Source: Candidatus Bathyarchaeia archaeon (GTDB lineage: Archaea; Thermoproteota; Bathyarchaeia; Bathyarchaeales; Bathycorpusculaceae). Taken from it: a stretch of DNA of 64,000 nt. Within the stretch, counting starts at the first letter, position 1. Every line of letters begins with the position of its first letter. Below, one piece after another: positions 29,052 to 39,347 of the stretch. Made by a program: the position numbers and the translations under genes. The stretch covers positions 110,819 to 174,818 of the forward strand of contig JBEKTQ010000007.1 in the NCBI GenBank assembly GCA_049515895.1. Direction: 5' to 3'. The notes under the pieces were generated by a model. The model searched no databases. It was not told the origin of the DNA and was given only the letters and a program-made list of their open reading frames with translations.

Positions 29052-29303
29052 TCCAAGTCAACTCAAGATCAGTTTCTCCCTGTTTCTTTAGTGGCAGGCA
29101 AAATCTAGCTTTCAACGCGTGTTTCTGTAATCGCTGGAAAGGAAATTCAATCCTACCTCTATTTCTCTGCCAAAACTAACTTTCATTGCTAACATTTTTG
29201 ACAATCGCTATTCGTTTTCACTTTCACCTACCCCTCCACTCCCTTGCACGGCAGTTTCTCAGTTCGCCTTTTAACCAACCCCAAACGATAAGCCTGACTC
29301 AAG

Positions 29304-29549
29304 GTGGTTCACATCAAAAAGAAAACAGCACTCTTAACCGAGCAAGAAGACTTCCAGCTTGACTTGACACTTCATGACGTTCCAGCTTCTCTGATCAGCG
29401 AGTTTGCAGAGAAAATCGTAGGGCCTTACTACAACGGCAATTTGAACCTTGCCATACAAGACCTGATAGGAAAAATCCTGTCAGAGCAAGAATTTGTACA
29501 TTCACACATAACGCATGTCAAAAATCCGGTCGCGCACAAAAACAAGTAA
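29304..29549 (+). CDS. hypothetical protein
   Basis: 81-aa ORF in otherwise empty region. Confidence 0.5.
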   Translation: MVHIKKKTALLTEQEDFQLDLTLHDVPASLISEFAEKIVGPYYNGNLNLAIQDLIGKILSEQEFVHSHITHVKNPVAHKNK

Positions 29550-29599
29550 ACTCAACAACTGACTATTATTTTCGTGGCTAATCGCTACTCAAAACTATT

Positions 29600-30316
29600 T
29601 TATTCCAATCTTTTCCGCAGAATTTTCTCGACACCGCTTGTTTTTCCGATGTAGACAATATCTGTTAAGTTGACAAAAAAGCCTGTTTCCACAACTCCCG
29701 GAATCATTTTTATCTTAACTTCCAATTCACCCGGATTGGCGATTTCGCCGAAATAGCAATCTAAAATGGCATTACCGTTGTCTGTTATTGTCGGGCCTAG
29801 TTTGCCTTTTCCCTCACGCAGCACAGGATGACCGCCAGCAGCAACGATTTTTCGTTTAACCAGTGAAATAGCGAACGGCAAAATCTCAACGGGTACACCT
29901 TGATCTTTTTCGCCCAGCAACTTGACTTTTTTGTTCTCGTCAGCAATAATGATGTTTAGTTTTGAGGCTGCTGCAACAATCTTTTCCCTCGCCAAAGCTG
30001 CTCCCATGCCCTTGATTAAATACAATTCAGGGGTAACCTGGTCTGCCCCATCAATGGTTACGTCAACTTCTGAGTGCTCATCCAAAGTTGTGATCGGAAT
30101 TCTGCGTTCGACCGCTAGCAGGAAAGCTTGATATGAAGTGGGAATACCCATAATGTGCAGGTTTTCACGTTTCGCTCTTTCTCCAAGGGCTTCGACGGCA
30201 AACGCGGCTGTGCTTCCACTGCCTAAACCTACAATAAATCCATCTTTGACATGATTTACCGCGGCCAACGCTGCATTCCGCTTTGCCTCTTGAATTGGAT
30301 CAAGGTTAGCTTTCAA
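29600..30316 (-). CDS. rpiA: ribose-5-phosphate isomerase A
   Basis: GLGSGST, DGAD, KGMGAAL.REK, PGVVETG. Confidence 0.95.
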   Translation of the reverse strand: MKANLDPIQEAKRNAALAAVNHVKDGFIVGLGSGSTAAFAVEALGERAKRENLHIMGIPTSYQAFLLAVERRIPITTLDEHSEVDVTIDGADQVTPELYLIKGMGAALAREKIVAAASKLNIIIADENKKVKLLGEKDQGVPVEILPFAISLVKRKIVAAGGHPVLREGKGKLGPTITDNGNAILDCYFGEIANPGELEVKIKMIPGVVETGFFVNLTDIVYIGKTSGVEKILRKRLE

Positions 30317-31055
30317 TTTCCATCTGCCCCAGCTTATCTAGAACCTTCTCAACTTCACTTCGAATCGACTCAATCCTTTTCTCAGCCTCAGTTTTAGCAT
30401 CAGGTTTCTCTTCAGATGGCTTACGTTTCCGCTTCTGCTTTTCCTCGCCAGCGGTTTCTTCCTCTTCCTCCGCCTCATCAATTTTCTCCATTTGCGAAGC
30501 AGGCGCCGTTGTGGGCATTTTTACAGGTATCTCTTTTATCGGTTTGACGTCGATTCTGGTTCTCAACTCCTCAACCTTAGACGTCAATTCCGTAAAGCGC
30601 TCGCTGAAAAGCTTCATCAAATCTTCCTGCATATCTTCAAGGTCATGTAGCGCAACTATCGATTCATCTTTTGAAATGGATTCCTTAATTGACATCATTC
30701 TTGCTGTGTATGTTCCAGCAAGCTTCTCGCGTTCTTGCTCGTTAATTTTACCTTCAGCTTGAGCTTCATAAAGACGGCGAATCGCGTCGCTTAAAATTTC
30801 CCGCTCCAAATCCAGCATCCGCAACTCATTTTTGGCGGTGGAAGCTGTAGATGCCTGAACACTCTTGGAGATTTTGAACGGTGAAGCTGAATAATCAAGG
30901 TCCGAATCGCTCGCCAATGTTTGGGTCCGCTGTGGTTTTTTCTTCGGCGGAGTCTTGTTGCTGAGGCGTCTCATGGCGTAAATGACTACTCCGCATGCGA
31001 AAATTATCACTACCGCAACTGCAGTGACCCATAATGGATCGTCATACCAAGCCAT
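30306..31055 (-). CDS. membrane-anchored coiled-coil hypothetical protein
   Basis: N-terminal hydrophobic helix, long charged helical body. Confidence 0.7.
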   Translation of the reverse strand: MAWYDDPLWVTAVAVVIIFACGVVIYAMRRLSNKTPPKKKPQRTQTLASDSDLDYSASPFKISKSVQASTASTAKNELRMLDLEREILSDAIRRLYEAQAEGKINEQEREKLAGTYTARMMSIKESISKDESIVALHDLEDMQEDLMKLFSERFTELTSKVEELRTRIDVKPIKEIPVKMPTTAPASQMEKIDEAEEEEETAGEEKQKRKRKPSEEKPDAKTEAEKRIESIRSEVEKVLDKLGQMEIES

Positions 31056-31154
31056 GCCTAGCTGTCCTCGGTATCTTGATTATGTACCATTAATATATAA
31101 ATTATACAAATCTTAGAGGATTTTCAGGATTGGGAGCCAAGAAACTTGTTGTTT

Positions 31155-31985
31155 TCACTTTTGTCTGTCTAATGTTTTAAGCATGCCTCCTGACTGATAC
31201 CCTCCTAAATCAACGGTTACGTACTTAAAACCAAGCCTTTTCAAGGATTCACACACGGTGTCCAAAACATTGACGTTGCAGAAAACAAGTCGCTCCGTTT
31301 TTCCCACTTCTATTCTGGCTAAGCCGCTGTGGTCTCTCACCCGAACTTGCTTAGCACCAGTTATCGCTTTCACGGCTTGCTCCGCTTTGTCAATTCGGGT
31401 TAACTTTTCGGCCGTGATTCTCTCGTTGAACGGTATCCTCGACGCCAAACACGCTAAAGCAAGCTTTCCATGGACGCTGAGCCCCATTTCTTTTGCCACT
31501 TGCCGAATTTCGTCCTTTGTAAACTTGTTGAGCATCCACGGACTGTACACGTTTTTTGTTTCTTTAACGGCTTGGAAGCCTGGCCTGTGATCATTCAAAT
31601 CGGAGAAGTTTGTGCCTTCAAAAACAGCTTCGAATTCGATTTCATGTGCAAAGTCGCTTAGGTTTTTGAGAAGTGCTTTTTTGCAGTAGTAGCAGCGGTT
31701 TTCTGGGTTTCGGCTAAAATCCTCGTTTGATAACTCGTCAGTTTCAATTATGAATAGTTTGATGCCTATTTCCTTGGCTACTCTCTTGGCATCCTCTAGT
31801 TCTTCAGAGGTGTAAGTGGGCGACTGAGCGATAACAGCCACCGCTTTCTCGCCCAGAACCTCGCGGCTTATCGCCGCTAGAGTTGAGCTGTCTACACCTC
31901 CGGAGAAAGCGATTACTGCTCCGTTTTTCCCAGTTTCTCTGATGAAATGTCGAAGCTGCTCAAGTTTGTGGCTTAACTCTTCCAT
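31155..31985 (-). CDS. larE: ATP-dependent sacrificial sulfur transferase
   Basis: AFSGGVDSS PP-loop, RCYYCK, RPG, CLASRIP, RVRDH. Confidence 0.92.
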   Translation of the reverse strand: MEELSHKLEQLRHFIRETGKNGAVIAFSGGVDSSTLAAISREVLGEKAVAVIAQSPTYTSEELEDAKRVAKEIGIKLFIIETDELSNEDFSRNPENRCYYCKKALLKNLSDFAHEIEFEAVFEGTNFSDLNDHRPGFQAVKETKNVYSPWMLNKFTKDEIRQVAKEMGLSVHGKLALACLASRIPFNERITAEKLTRIDKAEQAVKAITGAKQVRVRDHSGLARIEVGKTERLVFCNVNVLDTVCESLKRLGFKYVTVDLGGYQSGGMLKTLDRQK

Positions 31986-31994
31986 GCCGATTAC

Positions 31995-33245
31995 CTATTT
32001 TGAATAAAAAAGTTCTCTTGCACGTGAAACCGCCATTTCCGAGAGTTCTCTGAGGGGCTTGTTAGTTTTTTCCGCGAGCCTTTTAAGGTCATCGTACTCG
32101 GGTTTTATGCGGATAATGCTTCCATCAGTGTTCTTGGCGATTTTGACTTTCACAAGTTCCTTTGTTCCGCCAACGAGCAAGTCGACTGAGGATAGTTCCC
32201 GATTTATGATGTGCCTTTCACACGGGTAAACCCTGACGCCTAGCGTTCCAGTCTCTTCAATCAGCACGCGGGAAAGACGTTTGGCATCTTTTTGGTCAGC
32301 AACAACCTTGACTATTTGCCCCGGCCTGTTCTTTTTAGTGAACATAGGAATAATGCTAACGTCCTTTGCCCCTTCGGCAAAAAGCCTGTCAACAGCATGC
32401 CCCACGATTTCTCCTGAAACGTCATCAATGTTGGTTTCCAACAATGCAATCTGATCCGTCATCAAACAGTTCTCTAAAGGCTTACCTACCACTATTCGAA
32501 GAATGTTGGGGATTTCAGCAAAATCTTTACCGCCTGCGCCGTAACCAACTTCCAAAGGAGCCATTTCAGGGTAAAAACGGCTAACTGCTTCGGCCAAATT
32601 GACTATTATTGATGCACCAGTAGGTGTAGCTAATTCAGACTCGACAGGTCCCCCTTTGATCGGAAAATTTCTTGACTGAAAAATAGCCAACGCCGCGGGC
32701 GAGGGGCTTGAGACTATACCATGTGAGAACTGAAACGTTCCTCCCCCCACAGATACGGGGGTCGAAACTATCTTCGCCGCAAAGAAGCCGAGGTCTTCCA
32801 AGGCAACAGCTGACCCAATAATTTCGGCAGCAGTGTCAACCAATCCGACCTCATGCAGATGCGCGTCCGCTAAGTTGTGTCCATGAAGCTTCGCCTCGGC
32901 GTCAACGAGCGTGTGGATGACATTTGAGGCAAACTGCCTTGATTTGGCGGAAAGATCTATCGTTTTCGCTGTTTTTTCGACTATCGCTATAAGTTGTTTG
33001 CCGTCTTTTCTGGATTTTCCTTCAGCTGTGACATCGACTTTGGTAGCTAAAAACCCTTTGCGAACAACTTGCCTTATGTCCACTGACACGTTCTTGTAAC
33101 CGTTTTCGGCCCTTTCTAAGCTCATTATTGCTGAAGTCACTCTTTCTTTGTTTGCGCCCAGATCCAGTAGCGCGCCTAGCACCATGTCTCCTGAAACACC
33201 AGCGACTTGGCAGTCAACGACAACTATTTTAGAAAACTCAGTCAT
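31995..33245 (-). CDS. larC: nickel pincer cofactor nickel-insertion protein
   Basis: DCQ.AGVSGDM, HLHEVG..D, TPTGA, LETNIDD, KKNRPG, EYDD. Confidence 0.92.
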   Translation of the reverse strand: MTEFSKIVVVDCQVAGVSGDMVLGALLDLGANKERVTSAIMSLERAENGYKNVSVDIRQVVRKGFLATKVDVTAEGKSRKDGKQLIAIVEKTAKTIDLSAKSRQFASNVIHTLVDAEAKLHGHNLADAHLHEVGLVDTAAEIIGSAVALEDLGFFAAKIVSTPVSVGGGTFQFSHGIVSSPSPAALAIFQSRNFPIKGGPVESELATPTGASIIVNLAEAVSRFYPEMAPLEVGYGAGGKDFAEIPNILRIVVGKPLENCLMTDQIALLETNIDDVSGEIVGHAVDRLFAEGAKDVSIIPMFTKKNRPGQIVKVVADQKDAKRLSRVLIEETGTLGVRVYPCERHIINRELSSVDLLVGGTKELVKVKIAKNTDGSIIRIKPEYDDLKRLAEKTNKPLRELSEMAVSRARELFYSK

Positions 33246-33323
33246 TATGTTTCGACCGCTTGTTAATATAAAAAAAGCCAAAAACGATATATTACTTGTG
33301 GTTTAATGGCAAGTGATTAAATC

Positions 33324-34109
33324 ATGAGTGCGTTGAAGGATATTTTGGAAAAAACTGCTAAAGGCGAGCTAACGATTGAGGAAGCAGAAAAACTTGTGCG
33401 TTTGCAAGCTGTCGCTGAGCTTGAAGGCGTAGCGAAGATAGATTTTAACAGAGAACAGAGAAAAGGCATTCCAGAAATAATCTTGGCGGAAAACAAAACG
33501 GTGTCGGATGTGATCGACATAACTCAGCGAATGATGCATGAAAGCGGACGAGTAATTGTCAGCAGGTGCAGCCAGCAACAGATTCAAGCCCTCAAAGATG
33601 CGTTTCCAAATGAAACCGTTTTTGAAGTAAATGACAAAGCAAGAATAGCAGTCGTAAAAACCAAGGATTATACCGTGAAAAGTACTGGAGGAAAAATTGG
33701 GATTTTGACGGCCGGTACTTCTGATATTCCTGTAGCTGAAGAGGCAAAGGTTATTGCGGAAGAGATGGGTTGTGCCGTTTACGCTTCGTATGATTTGGGT
33801 GTGGCTGGTATCCACAGGTTGCTTTCGCCGCTGAAGGACTTAATCTTAAAGGATGTTGACGTTATCATTGTTGTCGCAGGCAGAGAAGGTGCCCTTTGCT
33901 CCGTAGTCGCTGGGTTAGTTAGTGTTCCCGTGATTGCGGTTCCAACGTCAAACAGTTACGGTTTCGGCGAAAAAGGAGTAAGCACGCTAATGGCCATGCT
34001 GCAGTCATGCTCGTTAGGTTTGTCAGTTGTTAACATTGACGCCGGAGTTGCGGCGGGCGCTGCGGCAACGTTAATCGCTAATCGGGCCGCGAAATTCAGG
34101 GAAAAATAA
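33324..34109 (+). CDS. larB: nickel pincer cofactor carboxylase/hydrolase
   Basis: R..G.PE, AGTSDIPVAEE, DLGVAGIHR, VAGREGAL, PTS..YG, C..G..VVNID. Confidence 0.92.
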   Translation: MSALKDILEKTAKGELTIEEAEKLVRLQAVAELEGVAKIDFNREQRKGIPEIILAENKTVSDVIDITQRMMHESGRVIVSRCSQQQIQALKDAFPNETVFEVNDKARIAVVKTKDYTVKSTGGKIGILTAGTSDIPVAEEAKVIAEEMGCAVYASYDLGVAGIHRLLSPLKDLILKDVDVIIVVAGREGALCSVVAGLVSVPVIAVPTSNSYGFGEKGVSTLMAMLQSCSLGLSVVNIDAGVAAGAAATLIANRAAKFREK

Positions 34110-34185
34110 CCTTGATTATTTTTAAAATTGGAACTTTCAGCATAGGGGATTCGACCGAACAGGTTGTTTGTGAGTTTAGATAGAA

Positions 34186-35427
34186 ATGGATGCATCAGAG
34201 AAACCTAGACTTGTAATCTTCGACGTTGAAGGAGTTCTTATTCCGAAAAACCGCTTCTTTTTTGAAGTTGGAAAGAAATTAGGCTTAACCAGATTGGTTA
34301 AACTTCTCTTTTTCGGTTTCCTCTATGAAGCAGGCATTCTTAAGCTTGAATCAGTACTGAAGCACATGTTCAATCAAGCGAAGGGGATCAAGCTTGAAGA
34401 TCTGACGAAAATTCTTGAAAAAATCTCTTCAACAAATTATCAGAAAGGCATCTTTTCGCAGATAAAAACGAGAAACTGCAAGATCGCTTTAATCAGCTCT
34501 GGTTTGCCAACTTTCGCTGTTAAAGAATTAGCCGATTCTGTCGGCGCAGACTACGCTTACGGGGTTGAGGTAGAAACGGAAGGAGGCAAATTGACGGGAA
34601 AAATCTGGGGCGATGCGATTCAGCCCGATGGAAAACTGAAGATTCTCGCGCAAGTATTAACCGCTGAGAACCTAAGACTAAGAGACTGTATCGTAGTTGC
34701 TGACGATAGAAATAACCGTTGCCTGTACCTGCCTGGAATGCTGAAGATCGGTTTTAACCCCGATTTTATAATACGGGTTAAAGCAGACAGAGTAGTAAAC
34801 GGCAGACTTTCCTCGGTCATCCCTATAATAGATGGCAAACCCCGAAAGCGTTCTTTTCCATCGGCAAACGATTTTGTTCGGGAAGACATTCATGCATCTG
34901 GAATTTTCATGCCGGTTATCGCTAGTTTAATCGGCGTTCCCGCGGTCGGCACGCTAATTTTTCTCATTGCGGCACTTTACACTGTTTCTGAGCTTTGGCG
35001 CCTGGAAGGAAAAAACCTGATTTTCATCTCAGCTATTACCCGGCATGCCGCGTCACAGTCAGAACTGCACGGGTTCGCGGCGGCGCCGCTGTATTTTGCT
35101 GGGGGCATCTTGTTTACTTTAGTTGTTTTTCCTCACCCTGCAAGTTACGCTGCAATCGCGATGTTCTGCCTTGGTGACAGCACAGCTTCACTTTTCGGAG
35201 CCTTCGCTTCATGGTCTTTGCCGTTCAACAAGGGGAAAACTTGGGGAGGCTCTTTTGCAGGGCTGTTTTTCGCTTTCTTAGCTGGTCTGATCTTCTTGCC
35301 GACACAGCCGCTTTTGGCTTTAGCAGGCGCAGCCATCGCGATGACCGTTGAGGTTCTACCGTTGCCTGTAAACGATAACGTGCTGATTCCAATAATCACG
35401 GGGGCAGCATTGACACTACTACTATAA
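34186..35427 (+). CDS. HAD (SerB-like) hydrolase fused to dolichol/phytol-kinase-like membrane domain
   Basis: N-term FDVEGVL, ISSG, K, ADDRNN; C-term REDIH, GDSTASLFG, KGKTWGGS, NDN. Confidence 0.7.
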   Translation: MDASEKPRLVIFDVEGVLIPKNRFFFEVGKKLGLTRLVKLLFFGFLYEAGILKLESVLKHMFNQAKGIKLEDLTKILEKISSTNYQKGIFSQIKTRNCKIALISSGLPTFAVKELADSVGADYAYGVEVETEGGKLTGKIWGDAIQPDGKLKILAQVLTAENLRLRDCIVVADDRNNRCLYLPGMLKIGFNPDFIIRVKADRVVNGRLSSVIPIIDGKPRKRSFPSANDFVREDIHASGIFMPVIASLIGVPAVGTLIFLIAALYTVSELWRLEGKNLIFISAITRHAASQSELHGFAAAPLYFAGGILFTLVVFPHPASYAAIAMFCLGDSTASLFGAFASWSLPFNKGKTWGGSFAGLFFAFLAGLIFLPTQPLLALAGAAIAMTVEVLPLPVNDNVLIPIITGAALTLLL

Positions 35428-35895
35428 CTCTATCATCGAATTCAAGTAGTCCTTCACAAAATATTTCTTGCCCCTTTTGGCTATCTCGTGCCCTTCCTGT
35501 TCCAGAAGCCGCTTTTGATTTTCCATTCCGCCGGGGTATTTCTCGTTTAGGAACCCGCCAGTTTTGAGGGTGCGCCAATAAGGAGTAATGTCAGCTGCGC
35601 CTTGGTGTTTTTGCTCTTCCGCCGCGTTAGCGGATATCCAAGCGAAAATGCCCGTTGTCAATGGGCAACCGATCGTGGCGACGTGTTTCTTTGCAAGGGC
35701 TGAGCGGATCTCGTTGATCGTTGTCAGTTTTCCTTTGGGCACTTTCTTCATTAACTGGTCAACCTCGATTGGCGCCGGAATAACCAAGGTGCCTGTGCCC
35801 CATTTAGCTGCCATTCTGCCTGTGAGCGGCTCAACTTTAGGGTAGCCTTTGCTGTTATTCAGTTTTTCCTTCCAAGTCGGTCTCTTCTTCGCCAT
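35422..35895 (-). CDS. MGMT/alkyltransferase-like DNA-binding protein
   Basis: VPKGKLTT...IR, CPLTTG, PYWRTLK, Q..LL..EG. Confidence 0.75.
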   Translation of the reverse strand: MAKKRPTWKEKLNNSKGYPKVEPLTGRMAAKWGTGTLVIPAPIEVDQLMKKVPKGKLTTINEIRSALAKKHVATIGCPLTTGIFAWISANAAEEQKHQGAADITPYWRTLKTGGFLNEKYPGGMENQKRLLEQEGHEIAKRGKKYFVKDYLNSMIEL

Positions 35896-35996
35896 ATTCT
35901 TACACTTAAATATGTATCTTGGGTGATTTAATGAAACTTTCTAATAACTCTTTTTTGGCATCGTTTGTCTCAAAACAGAAAGTAGTAGTCGGACGT

Positions 35997-36251
35997 TTAT
36001 TTCATGTTTTGTGCGTTGATTAGGTCGAGTTTTTGTTGGTGGTTGAGTTTTTTTATTTCTCTTTCCCGTTTCATAGCTTCGCTTCTCGAGCCGAATATTT
36101 CGGCGTAAGCGAGTTTCTTAGGCTTGTGTGATTTGGTATATTTTGCGCCATTGCCGTTCATGTGAAGCTTTGTTCTAGTGTCAAGATCTTGGGTGTAGCC
36201 TGTGTAGAAGGTGCCGTCGCTGCAAAGCAGAATGTAGACGCAAAATGACGT
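35997..36251 (-). CDS. GIY-YIG nuclease (YhbQ/YazA-like) lacking a canonical start codon
   Basis: Open frame (T)SFCVYILLCSDGTFYTGYT.DL..R...H..G.GAKYT...EA.KRE..IK; first codon ACG; absent from ORF track. Confidence 0.75.
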   Translation of the reverse strand, partial: TSFCVYILLCSDGTFYTGYTQDLDTRTKLHMNGNGAKYTKSHKPKKLAYAEIFGSRSEAMKREREIKKLNHQQKLDLINAQNMK

Positions 36252-36256
36252 TTCGC

Positions 36257-36937
36257 CTATTGCCCCCTGACTTCGCGTGGCATGTAATCGTAGACGATGC
36301 CTCTTTGAATGGCTCTTTTCAGGTATGCTTCAGGGTCTATTTCTTGAACTTTCGCATGGTCAACATCGATGATGTAGATTTCATGTATTCGGGCGTTTTT
36401 TATTTCTTCAAATGTGACGGGCGGCTTCTGATAGTACGCGTCGCAGAGCCTTTTTATCTGCAGGATTTCCCAGTCTTCACGGTTTCTTGGCGGCTTTGCC
36501 AGTGCACGGGGAAAGGGTAAGATGTAGTGGGGTGGCACGCCCAAGGCGAATTTTCCAGCGAAACTGCTGTACCTGATTATTTTGCTTGCCAGACGTGCGG
36601 AAGTGTAAGTAAGTGGCGCCAAGGCGTTTTCAGGCGGAATAAAGCCTGTTTCAACTTCAACAATGAGGTTTCCTAAGCCTTTTGTGGCATAGAGGTCGCA
36701 GGTCAAGATTTGATTCAGGACATGTTCGATCTGTACCTCGTGCCCTTTTTCTACCAAGTACTTAGCGCAGCCAAGCTCCATCACGGAATGGTTGATCTTT
36801 ACAATGTTTTCCTTCCGCAGTTCAACCAGACAATTTTTTAGGATTTTAAGTTTATCTTTGACTTGCTCATCAGAATCCATTGTTAGCCTTGACAGGAAAA
36901 CCGTTAAATCTTCTTCGAACTCTTGCCTGCTGCTCAT
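36257..36937 (-). CDS. hypothetical protein, PD-(D/E)xK nuclease-like
   Basis: E....L..KG...E....CDLYA....IVEVETG pattern. Confidence 0.55.
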   Translation of the reverse strand: MSSRQEFEEDLTVFLSRLTMDSDEQVKDKLKILKNCLVELRKENIVKINHSVMELGCAKYLVEKGHEVQIEHVLNQILTCDLYATKGLGNLIVEVETGFIPPENALAPLTYTSARLASKIIRYSSFAGKFALGVPPHYILPFPRALAKPPRNREDWEILQIKRLCDAYYQKPPVTFEEIKNARIHEIYIIDVDHAKVQEIDPEAYLKRAIQRGIVYDYMPREVRGQ

Positions 36938-37240
36938 TTACTCTTCCTTTCCAAGTTGACCTGTCATGTTTACTTAAACTATTTGGTTTCAGATTATATA
37001 AAGTCAGAAAACGCTTTACCTTGAAGATGAATTGAGAATCTCTTGAATTAGAAGGATGCATCCGCCATGTTTACATGGTTAATTTGATTTTTTGTGAAAT
37101 TGTATATTCTGCAAGATTTGGCCTCTTCCTATAGAGTCCAACTAAGATTCAATATAGAAGTGAGGTCATTGCATTTTTCAATTTAGGTAGATTGTTTTTT
37201 TGAGGGTTTCCATTGAAGGAATTGTGGTCGACTGTGCTTG

Positions 37241-39160
37241 CTAATGACTACTTGGTTTTTCGTGTTTTTTCGCTCTCTTGACATAAAGTGCAGATAATAT
37301 TGTTGCCGCTACCAAGACTGCCACAACCGTGTATAACGGGAGGTTTGGGGTACTGAGGATACTAGATGGTTTTTGGGTTGTCTGAGGCTCCTTAGCGATA
37401 GGGGTTTGGGTTTGGATTGTCAAGTTTTTGAGTGCGATGGCGGTGTCCTCATTGTTTGTTATGAGAAGCACTGTTGAATTGTTGCTGTTTTGACTGTTTG
37501 CGCTCTCAATTACGGTGCCGTTTTCGTAGCTTAGATTAGTTGTCGTGTTGTTGCCGCTTATTTTGGTGGTAATAGAGTACCAGATGTTTTGTTTTATGCT
37601 TCCTGTGGCGTTTGTTATGGCTGCTGATCCTTGCATATTCAAGATGTCTTCTTGGCTTAATCCCTTAAGGTTCAAGCTAAAGTTGCCTGCGTTGTTTTGA
37701 AGAATAAGGCTGAATTGGTTATCGAGGGTTTGGTTGAAATCGTCTGATAACATCAGCGGCGCAAGACCCTGGGGAACGCTTAAGGGAACCGTTTCGTTGT
37801 GAGACGGCACCTCTATTGTTGCTACTCTTCCACGGGACAATAACACTCTTTCTACCATGGCTGGTACAGTTATGTTGATGGTCGGCACGTTGGATATGGT
37901 TTGTCCTGCCCGAAGCACAATGAACTTGTAGCTTAACGAAGCATTTGTGCCCAATGGTAGTGTGAGGAAATCGTTTGCGCCTTGCATGGGAATTGTGGCG
38001 AAAGCTGCGAGGCCGGGTTCCCCAAAAATATAGTTGTAGTCAACTGAGTTAAACTGTAAGTATGATTGAGGTCCGACGAAGATTGGCAACATTTGGCTGT
38101 CGGCGCCTGCGTAGTTTGAACCGCCGTTCCAGCTTGCTGTTACGTAGTAAGTTCCTGACGTGGTGAAGTTCCATGTCAAACTGTAGTTGCCGGCATTGTC
38201 GGTTGTTGTTGTCAAGAAGTTTAGCACTTCACCTTCGTAGTTGCTGCTGCTTACGTAAACGTTTACAGTTTGACCTGATACCGCTGGTGTAATTGAGCCA
38301 GAGATTAACAGGGACCTCTCACCATTTACATCAGTGCTTGTTGCTTGCTGGCTGAGGTTCAGTGTTATCGTGGAATTGATTAAATTTTTGTTTAAGCCGG
38401 CTGAGATCTCTGCTGGGGGCAACGACTCCGTAGTACTATTAAGGGGAATGATGTTTGCTATTGCATTGGCTAATGTTTGGGATTGGTCTCCCACTTTCCA
38501 GTTGCCTTCTGGCGTAGTTTCGGCAGTCCAGTAGGTTTTGTTGTCGTATGTGAAGCTTGTCGGGGTCATGAAGGAAGTATGGTAAACTGGAGTATAGGGC
38601 AAGTACACACCAACGTTCATGTGCTGGGGATTTATGCCAGTGTAGAGAATCAATACGACGTCCAAGCCGCCAGCCTCCATGATGGATGCAGTAAGGAGCG
38701 ACAGCCCAACGCAATCACCCATGTTTTTTGAAAGCGTTTCAACCGGGTATTGTGGGTTAGTAACATTGTAGGTAAACTGGTGGACGAACCCCAACACTGC
38801 ATCTGCAAATTGCTCATCTTGGTGGGGCAGGTTGTCAGTGACATTCATGATAGAATCCGCTATTGGTGCTACCACCTGAGGTGTTACAAAATTTGCGTAA
38901 TCACTGTTATCGTTTATTGAGTGAGTCAAGTTACCATAATAGTTAACGAGCGAAGTCGGTGTGGAGACGTAAAGCTTTTGGTTGTGCCCACTGCTAAGAA
39001 GCCTAGGCTGCACGTTAATTATCCCGTATTGGCGGGTGGAAGGCGGTTGAATCGTGTAGGTTTTTTCGATATTGCCCAATGCCGTAACAGGTATCATGCA
39101 AACCGCTAGAAGAACGATGAAAAGAAAAACGGCGGCTTTCTGATAATTTAAAAAATTCAT
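37241..39160 (-). CDS. secreted, C-terminally anchored transglutaminase-like + Ig-like surface protein
   Basis: Signal peptide, GDC...H..VG...ET putative triad, G.Y.LTW....SG.YYV.ASW.G Ig-like, C-terminal TM + basic tail. Confidence 0.7.
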   Translation of the reverse strand: MNFLNYQKAAVFLFIVLLAVCMIPVTALGNIEKTYTIQPPSTRQYGIINVQPRLLSSGHNQKLYVSTPTSLVNYYGNLTHSINDNSDYANFVTPQVVAPIADSIMNVTDNLPHQDEQFADAVLGFVHQFTYNVTNPQYPVETLSKNMGDCVGLSLLTASIMEAGGLDVVLILYTGINPQHMNVGVYLPYTPVYHTSFMTPTSFTYDNKTYWTAETTPEGNWKVGDQSQTLANAIANIIPLNSTTESLPPAEISAGLNKNLINSTITLNLSQQATSTDVNGERSLLISGSITPAVSGQTVNVYVSSSNYEGEVLNFLTTTTDNAGNYSLTWNFTTSGTYYVTASWNGGSNYAGADSQMLPIFVGPQSYLQFNSVDYNYIFGEPGLAAFATIPMQGANDFLTLPLGTNASLSYKFIVLRAGQTISNVPTINITVPAMVERVLLSRGRVATIEVPSHNETVPLSVPQGLAPLMLSDDFNQTLDNQFSLILQNNAGNFSLNLKGLSQEDILNMQGSAAITNATGSIKQNIWYSITTKISGNNTTTNLSYENGTVIESANSQNSNNSTVLLITNNEDTAIALKNLTIQTQTPIAKEPQTTQKPSSILSTPNLPLYTVVAVLVAATILSALYVKRAKKHEKPSSH

Positions 39161-39347
39161 ATGTATCTACAACATGGAGCGGTTTTAAACCAATTACATT
39201 ATGGACTTTGGGCAAACATTTATCCTTTTTGTATATCACCCCAGAAGCGTTCCCTATGTTGGTTTGGGAGAAAAAATAATTCAAAGATTTCTTGAGGCAA
39301 GGTTTTTGAGCTTTCACGTGACTTCTTAATTCTGAAGGACAAGGCGT

